DNA from: Haliotis rufescens
Lineage: Eukaryota
DNA: 64,000 nt
Assembly (NCBI RefSeq): GCF_023055435.1
Contig: NW_025963924.1
Coordinates: 682,001-746,000, forward strand
Direction: 5' to 3'
Below, piece by piece: positions 61,760 to 64,000 of this stretch. A model generated the notes under the pieces. The model searched no databases. It saw nothing but the letters and a program-made list of their open reading frames with translations, and was not told the origin of the DNA. The position numbers and the translations under genes are program-made. Positions within the stretch are counted from its first letter, which is position 1. The number at the start of each line of letters is the position of its first letter.

Positions 61760-64000
61760 CAGGTCTTGGTGACACATAATCTGCAAAGAAAAACAGGGTA
61801 TGGTGACACACAATCAGACTCAACAGGGCATGGTGACACACAATCAGACACAACAGGGTATGGTGACACACAATCAGACACAACAGGGTATGGTGACACA
61901 CAATCAGACTCAACAGGGTATGGTGACACACAATCAGACACAACAGGGTATGGTGACACACAATCAGACACAACAGGGTATGGTGACACACAATCAGACT
62001 CAACAGGGTATGGTGACACACAATCAGACACAACAGGGTATGGTGACACACAATCAGACACAACAGGGTATGGTGACACACAATCAGACACAACAGGGTA
62101 TGGTGACACACAATCAGACTCAACAGGGTATGGTGACACACAATCATACTCAACAGGGTATGGTGACACACAATCAGACACAACAGGGTATGGTGACACA
62201 CAATCAGACTCAACAGGGTATGGTGACACACAATCAGACACAACAGGGTATGGTGACACACAATCAGACACAACAGGGTATGGTGACACACAATCAGACA
62301 CAACAGGGTATGGTGACACACAATCAGACTCAACAGGGTATGGTGACACACAATCAGACACAACAGGGTATGGTGACACACAATCAGACACAACAGGGTA
62401 GGATGACACACAATCAGACAACAACAGGGTATGGTGACACACAATCAGACACAACAGGGTAGGGTGACAGACAATCAGACAACAACAGGGTAGGATGACA
62501 CACAATCAGACACAACAGGGTAGGGTCACACACAATCAGACAACAACGGGGTAGGATGACACACAATCAGACACAACAGGGTAGGGTCACACACAATCAG
62601 ACAACAACGGGGTAGGATGGCACACAATCAGACACAACAACAGAGTAGGATGACACACAATCAGACAACAACGGTGTAGGATGGCACACAATCAGACACA
62701 ACAGGGTAAGGTGACACACAATCAGACACAACAGGGTAGGGTCACACACAATCAGACACAACAGGGTACGATGACACACAATCAGACACAACAACAGGGT
62801 AGGGTGACACACAATCAGACACAACAACAGGGTACGATGACACACAATCAGACACAACAACAGGGTACGATGACACACAATCAGACACAACAACAGGGTA
62901 GGGTGACACACAATCAGACACAACAGGGTAGGGTGACAAACAATCAGACACAACAACAGGGTAGGATTACAAACAATCAGACACAACAACAGGGTATGGT
63001 GACACACAATCAGACACAACAGGGTAAGGGTGACACACAATCAGACACAACAGGGTATGGTGACACACAATCAGACACAACGGGGTAGGATGGTACCCAA
63101 TCAGACACAACAACAGGGTAGGGTCACAAACAATCAGACACAACAACAGGGTAGGGTCACACCCAATCAGACACAACAACAGGGTAGGTCACACACAATC
63201 AGACACAACAACAGGCTAGGGTCACACACAATCAGACACAACAGGGTAGGGTCACACACAATCAGACACAACAGGGTAGGGTCACACACAATCAGACACA
63301 ACAACAGGGTAGGTCACACACAATCAGACACAACAGGGTAGGGTCACACACAATCAGACACAACAACAGGGTAGGGTGACACACAACCAGACACAACAAC
63401 AGGGTAGGGTGACACACAATCAGACACAACAACAGGGTACGATGACACACAATCAGACACAACAACAGGGTACGATGACACACAATCAGACACAACAACA
63501 GGGTATGGTGACACACAATCAGACACAACAGGGTAGGGTGACAAACAATCAGACACAACAACAGGGTAGGATTACAAACAATCAGACACAACAACAGGGT
63601 ATGGTGACACACAATCAGACACAACAGGGTAGGGTGACACACAATCAGACACAACAGGGTATGGTGATACACAATCAGACACAACGGGGTAGGATGGCAC
63701 CCAATCAGACACAACAACAGGGTAGGGTCACAAACAATCAGACACAACAACAGGGTAGGGTCACACACAATCAGACACAACAACAGGGTAGGTCACACAC
63801 AATCAGACACAACAACAGGGTAGGGTCACACACAATCAGACACAACAGGGTAGGGTCACACACAATCAGACACAATAACAGGGTAGTTCACACACAATCA
63901 GACACAACAGGGTAGGGTCACACACAATCAGACACAACAACAGGGTAGGTCACACACAATCAGACACAACAGGGTAGGGTCACACACAATCAGACACAAC
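61760..64000. repeat. 30/33-bp minisatellite ACAGGGTA(T/G)GGTGACACACAATCAGACACA(ACA), running off the window end
   Basis: About 20 near-perfect 30-mers (61792-62400), then heterogeneous units; preceded by a family A fragment (61658-61755). Confidence 0.97.

Noticed and set aside
61684-63915. Ice-nucleation-like (GYGDTQSDTT)n and Cys-rich ORFs
   Set aside because: Several frames are open on both strands, and the array later breaks frame and acquires stops; simple satellite.

Overview
Repeat-rich, AT-rich eukaryotic DNA with two N gaps and no recognisable protein-coding gene. It looks like intergenic or large-intron DNA of an invertebrate; the SINE repertoire suggests a mollusc, possibly an abalone-like gastropod (inference from memory, not checked). 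Contents: (i) about ten tandem arrays with 21-48 bp units, which produce all the long ORFs in the track; (ii) at least four SINE-like families (A-D) in many copies, several with clear target-site duplications and nested insertions, all with a related 3' tail; (iii) decayed non-LTR (RTE-X/CR1-group-like) and Penelope-like retroelement fragments; (iv) MITEs (hAT-type, Tc1/mariner-type, a 4-bp-TSD type) and a palindrome-ended element. The most interesting signal is SINE family A. It has no tRNA/Pol III head, full-length copies start at nearly the same nucleotide, and its 5' end can fold into a pseudoknot plus hairpin that shows covariation, so it is a candidate novel structured or self-cleaving RNA. 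A spliced minus-strand transcript is possible but unproven. Edges of degenerate repeats are approximate.
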